Part shown: positions 16,382-20,000 of the stretch, piece after piece | Numbering within the stretch: the first letter of the stretch is position 1 | Layout: each line of letters begins with the position of its first letter | Source of the DNA: an uncultured virus (IMG/VR IMGVR_UViG_3300010299_000003) | Taxonomy: Duplodnaviria; Heunggongvirae; Uroviricota; Caudoviricetes | Length of the DNA stretch: 20,000 nt | Direction: 5' to 3' (one strand) | IMG/VR virus record: IMGVR_UViG_3300010299_000003 | The notes under the pieces: model-generated | What the model was told of the DNA's origin: nothing | Databases searched by the model: none | The model's input: only the letters and a program-made list of their open reading frames with translations | Made by a program: the position numbers and the translations under genes

Positions 16382-17229
16382 TATTCATCCTCAGAAAATG
16401 GATTACTTTCACTAAAATCTATGACAACAAAACTTTTATTCTGTGCAGAAAAGTCGTCTTGAATATCAGAAGTGTCGATTGCTTGTGTTAGTATTGCTTC
16501 TACACCAGAGGTATTCCCTTTTACCACACCGTTTTCTGGCAAAAATGATTGAAATAAATTTTTAACTTTTATTTCAGTATCTGAAACATATTCTACAAAG
16601 TTAGCTCTTGCTGTAGCACCTATTGCAGAATCGCCTTGATAAATTATTTCGTTATCTGTAAATTCTCCAGTAGAATTTTCTATAGAAAGTAAAAAGAGTT
16701 CTGACATATCATTTCCAATGTCATCAACTTCTTCGATGCCAGTAGAAATACTTTCATCTTGAGCTGTAAATACTTCACATTGTATGTCGTAAGTATAGAA
16801 TTCGCCTAAGTTATAAAAAACAGAGTCTTCTTTAACAAATCGTATTTCATATAGATCATCTGCTGTACTCATTGGTAGATAAATTAAATCACCTTCTCTT
16901 GGTCTTTCTAACTCTTTACCAAAAGTTTTAACAAAACTATTTCTAGAAATTGTAAAAGTTATTTGATTTTTAATTTCTACACCAAACTTTCTGAATATGT
17001 CACCGTCACCTTCAAAACCATCTGAGTTTTTGATATAAACTTCAATATGATGATAATCATTAAAATATGATAATGGATCTTCTCTAAAAGTTGAATCTAT
17101 TTTTTCTATTTGTCTAGGAATATAAACAGCATCTATCGCATGAATTTTGATAGCTTCTTCTACTAAATCATTAACAAGTTTTTGCTCTTGTTTTTGATGA
17201 TATAAGTTAAAATATTTGTTACTAGCCAC
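16381..17229 (-). CDS. gp14: neck protein
   Basis: EQ.LV.DLV.EAI......YIPR, GF.G.GD...KFG, RPREGDLIY.P, DFSESNPF. GTG start with AGGA upstream. Confidence 0.95.
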   Translation of the reverse strand: MASNKYFNLYHQKQEQKLVNDLVEEAIKIHAIDAVYIPRQIEKIDSTFREDPLSYFNDYHHIEVYIKNSDGFEGDGDIFRKFGVEIKNQITFTISRNSFVKTFGKELERPREGDLIYLPMSTADDLYEIRFVKEDSVFYNLGEFYTYDIQCEVFTAQDESISTGIEEVDDIGNDMSELFLLSIENSTGEFTDNEIIYQGDSAIGATARANFVEYVSDTEIKVKNLFQSFLPENGVVKGNTSGVEAILTQAIDTSDIQDDFSAQNKSFVVIDFSESNPFSEDE

Positions 17230-17259
17230 AATTCATTTCCTATAATACTGCCGTTAGTG

Positions 17260-17267
17260 TATTTATG
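17260..17267 (-). promoter_or_regulatory. late promoter variant (CATAAATA) for gp14
   Basis: Plus strand TATTTATG immediately after the gp13 stop. Confidence 0.65.
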
Positions 17268-18491
17268 TTAGCCAACAATAAAGTCTGGCGGCAACTGAAA
17301 TTCCATTTTTAATCGTTCTTGTAATTTTTCCAATTCTTCAGTTGCTTCATCATATATTTCTTTTCCATTTAGGGTAGTACCTCCAGGCAACTGTATTCCA
17401 CTAAATTTCTTTAGGTTTGTTCCCCATTGTTGCTTAATTAAACTACATGCATATTGTTTTACAAATTCATCTGAGTATACTTCTGTATATTGTGCTGGAT
17501 CTAAAGCTACCCATGCTTCTAATATTATCCATTGATCAACAATCCAATCTTGAAGATCTATGTATACTCTATCTGTTTTTCTATTGAATCTGACTCCTTT
17601 TTGTCCCCTAAACATGAATTCCCACATACTAATATATCTTTGATATATATCATATGTAACTAGATCGGTAGATGCTAGATTAAACATATTGTTCAAAGCA
17701 AATTGATATTGAAAGTCGAACATACCACCAAGATTCCCACCAATAGTTGAAGATTCTTGTGGTATAATATTTGTAATACTAATAACTTTTTGACCAACAT
17801 TAATATACTTGTTATCGATGTCTCCAATAACTATTGCAGAATCTGAATTTAATATTTGACCAGTTTCTGTGTTGTTTTCGATTGAAATTGTTTCACCTTT
17901 GGTAAATTCTTTTCCATTTTGTGATCTAAAACGAATTGTTTTTCCATCTAGAGATTTATCATACGCAACAGCAGTAGCACCACTTGTTTGTCCTGTGATT
18001 ATGGAACCTCTAGTTATATCTTCTGAATATGCAGTTTGAAGTGTCATTGTAGATGCAGTTATTTGATAATGTAAATAACATCGTTCAACACCATCAAAAT
18101 GATAATCTCTAAAATACATTAATGCTTCATCAATTCTATCTTCTATTTGATCATCATCCACATTTATATCAATTACTGGTGCGCCTAATTTTCTTAAACA
18201 CCAATGTATTAATTCTTTTCTTGAACTAAGTCCGACTATACTTGATGATGGTGGAGATGCTGGAGTAGCTACATCTATTAAATGAGTAACTAAAATAACT
18301 TCATCGGAATCTATTGATGCATTAAATGTAATTGTTTTATCTAAAATGGTGTAGTCGTTTGTTGCACCAACATTTTGTAAAATACCATTTCTAAATACTT
18401 GTTCAGTATTTGGACTTGGACTATTTGTTATAGTATATGTAGTATCATTAACTCTAACAGCTTGTTCTCTAATTACATATGTTTGTGACAT
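17268..18491 (-). CDS. gp13: neck protein gp13 with ~88-aa N-terminal extension and internal insertion
   Basis: SRKELI.WCLRKLGAPVIDINVDDDQIEDRIDEAL..F.DYHFDG starts at residue ~90. C-terminal KQQWG.NL.KF.G.QLPGG.TLNG and PPDF.VG. Confidence 0.96.
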   Translation of the reverse strand: MSQTYVIREQAVRVNDTTYTITNSPSPNTEQVFRNGILQNVGATNDYTILDKTITFNASIDSDEVILVTHLIDVATPASPPSSSIVGLSSRKELIHWCLRKLGAPVIDINVDDDQIEDRIDEALMYFRDYHFDGVERCYLHYQITASTMTLQTAYSEDITRGSIITGQTSGATAVAYDKSLDGKTIRFRSQNGKEFTKGETISIENNTETGQILNSDSAIVIGDIDNKYINVGQKVISITNIIPQESSTIGGNLGGMFDFQYQFALNNMFNLASTDLVTYDIYQRYISMWEFMFRGQKGVRFNRKTDRVYIDLQDWIVDQWIILEAWVALDPAQYTEVYSDEFVKQYACSLIKQQWGTNLKKFSGIQLPGGTTLNGKEIYDEATEELEKLQERLKMEFQLPPDFIVG

Positions 18492-18501
18492 GATATGCTA
18501 C

Positions 18502-20000
18502 CTATATTTTTATAATATAATTTAGAATTAAATGTGGTTGTGTATAATCACCAGAAGTCATAGAATCATCGCCACTAACACCCGAAGTTGTATCACCTAC
18601 TAAGCCATCAAGACCGTGACTATGGGAACCATCACTACTTGAATTTGCCGAATAATTTGGCACATTGATACTAAGTGTTACTGGATGTGTATGATCACCA
18701 ACACTTTGAACAGCTTGATGTCCACCAGCAGTATTTGTTAAATATGATGGAGATAAATCTCTTATTACATATCTACCAGTTCCAGCACCTCCAGTTTCTG
18801 CCATATTAAGTCCGTGTGTGTGAGCACCCCCACCACTAGTATCGCCAGATGCATTAAAAGCTCCATGATCGTGTGATATGCTAGTATCATGCGATCCGTC
18901 GCCAGTTATAGCTAAAGTTCCAAGTCCATGATAATGTGCTGGCACTGAATGATCGTGAGCTATAAGTCGAGAGCCTTCTGTTAATCCTTCATTATCACCT
19001 AAAGCATCTGAAGTTCCTTTTCCAATTACTGTACGTCTTCTTAAATCTGGCGTATTGAATGTTGTAGAACCATCTCCAGAGCCATAAGTGTCACCAACTA
19101 TTGAATATAGATCTGAATAAATTGTTCTTGATACTGCACTACCATCACATATTAACCAACCAGTAGGAGCTGAAGAACCAGCAAAAGAAATAACTGACCC
19201 TGTAGGCACACCAGTTTGTGCTTGTAATGTGGTTATTGTTGGTGAAGAAATATTACCAGAAGCATCAACAGAAAATAATGCAGTTCCAGAACTATCTTGA
19301 GCTTCAATTAAATTTGCAGTTTGACTTACAGCACCTTTTACAATAAGTGTCTTTCTCGAATCTGAATCTGAAGTAACTTTTAATTGAGCATCTGGCACTG
19401 AACCAGAATTTATTGAAATTCCACCATTGTGTGCAATAATTATTCTATCTTCATTATTACTTGTAAATATTATTGAACGATTTGTGTCTCCTGAAAATAG
19501 ATGAATTTTACTTCCAGCAGTTTGTTCAGTACCACTTGGATGTCCAGTCTCGTTTAATATTCTTAATACATTTCCATCTTTCCCATTAAATGATACAATA
19601 TTTAATGTGTTAGCTCTAATTGTATTTTGAGATCCGTAATGAACCATTCCCCCAACAAAAAGTGTATTGCCTGGATTGTTACATACTACAGTACCAGTAA
19701 AAGTTTTTTGTCCTGCAATAGTTTGATTTGTAGCTGTTACTATACCAGATTGAGTTGCACTAGCTATTGGTAAATCACTATTAACCCAATTAGCACCATT
19801 ATATTTTAAAAATTGTCCATCTACTTCAGATGCTAAAGATACATCTGTAATATCATTTAAAACTATGTTAGATAAATCACTTTGCAGAGTATCAATCTCA
19901 CCTTCAGCAGTTGTTAGTCTACCATCTATAGCAGTAACATCAGTTTGAAGTGTATCTATTTCACCTTCAGCAGTTGTTAGTCTACCATCTATAGCAGTAA
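18502..20000 (-). CDS. tail/neck fibre protein with coiled-coil repeats, tail-collar domain and HxH-rich tip (start lies beyond the window)
   Basis: Frame is open from 19647 to the window end: ...TAIDGRLTTAEGEIDTLQTDVTAIDGRLTTAEGEIDTLQSDLSNIVLNDITDV...GQFLKYNGANWVN...TNQTIAGQKTFTG. Collar motif VPTGSVISFAG..AP.GWLICDG..VSRT.Y..L...VG..YG.GDGSTTFN.PDLR. Several HxH motifs. End QP.LILNYIIK. Confidence 0.9.
   Translation of the reverse strand, partial: TAIDGRLTTAEGEIDTLQTDVTAIDGRLTTAEGEIDTLQSDLSNIVLNDITDVSLASEVDGQFLKYNGANWVNSDLPIASATQSGIVTATNQTIAGQKTFTGTVVCNNPGNTLFVGGMVHYGSQNTIRANTLNIVSFNGKDGNVLRILNETGHPSGTEQTAGSKIHLFSGDTNRSIIFTSNNEDRIIIAHNGGISINSGSVPDAQLKVTSDSDSRKTLIVKGAVSQTANLIEAQDSSGTALFSVDASGNISSPTITTLQAQTGVPTGSVISFAGSSAPTGWLICDGSAVSRTIYSDLYSIVGDTYGSGDGSTTFNTPDLRRRTVIGKGTSDALGDNEGLTEGSRLIAHDHSVPAHYHGLGTLAITGDGSHDTSISHDHGAFNASGDTSGGGAHTHGLNMAETGGAGTGRYVIRDLSPSYLTNTAGGHQAVQSVGDHTHPVTLSINVPNYSANSSSDGSHSHGLDGLVGDTTSGVSGDDSMTSGDYTQPHLILNYIIKI
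19875..20000 (-). repeat. 63-bp (21-codon) tandem repeat within the fibre gene
   Basis: An identical 40-bp block occurs at 19898-19937 and 19961-20000 (offset 63). Confidence 0.93.

Noticed and set aside
17222..17236. Four-codon mini-ORF (ATG AAT TGT GGC TAG) overlapping the gp14 GTG start
   Set aside because: The ATG is too close to the AGGA motif, whose spacing fits the GTG. Probably chance.
18502..18960. Diversity-generating retroelement target in the fibre tip
   Set aside because: No template-repeat copy or reverse transcriptase is visible, and the tip is HxH needle type, not C-type lectin.
18502..19647. ORF-track start at 19647 for the fibre gene
   Set aside because: The frame stays open and fibre-like to the window end, so this ATG is internal.
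1..20000. Stop-codon reassignment (no called gene ends in TGA; only two end in TAG)
   Set aside because: All core genes are full length in the standard code with no in-frame TGA/TAG. TAA preference is explained by AT richness.

Overview
AT-rich fragment of a T4-like myovirus (uncultured/cyanophage-like gene order, host not identifiable from this window). All credible genes lie on the minus strand. Read from the right end: fibre protein (5'-truncated; coiled-coil repeats, collar domain, HxH needle), gp13, gp14, gp15, gp16, gp17, gp18, gp19, gp20, gp67 (missed by the ORF track), gp21, two inserted non-T4 structural-looking genes, gp22, gp23, terminator, gp3, HEXXH metallopeptidase, small hypothetical, uvsY, uvsW, Sm-like protein, a ~380-bp non-coding repeat/hairpin region, and gp55 late sigma factor (3'-truncated, missed by the ORF track). 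T4-type late promoters (NATAAATA) precede most genes. Most notable: (1) a hairpin that hides the uvsW ribosome-binding site unless transcription starts at an overlapping late promoter; (2) two fibre-adaptor-like genes inserted between protease and scaffold, plus an extra N-terminal domain on neck gp13 and a hybrid fibre at the wac position, which together suggest an accessory head/neck fibre system; (3) an apparently leaderless sigma70-type promoter for gp55 beside an origin-like region with a perfect 32-bp tandem repeat. Protein calls come from remembered family motifs and synteny, not database searches.
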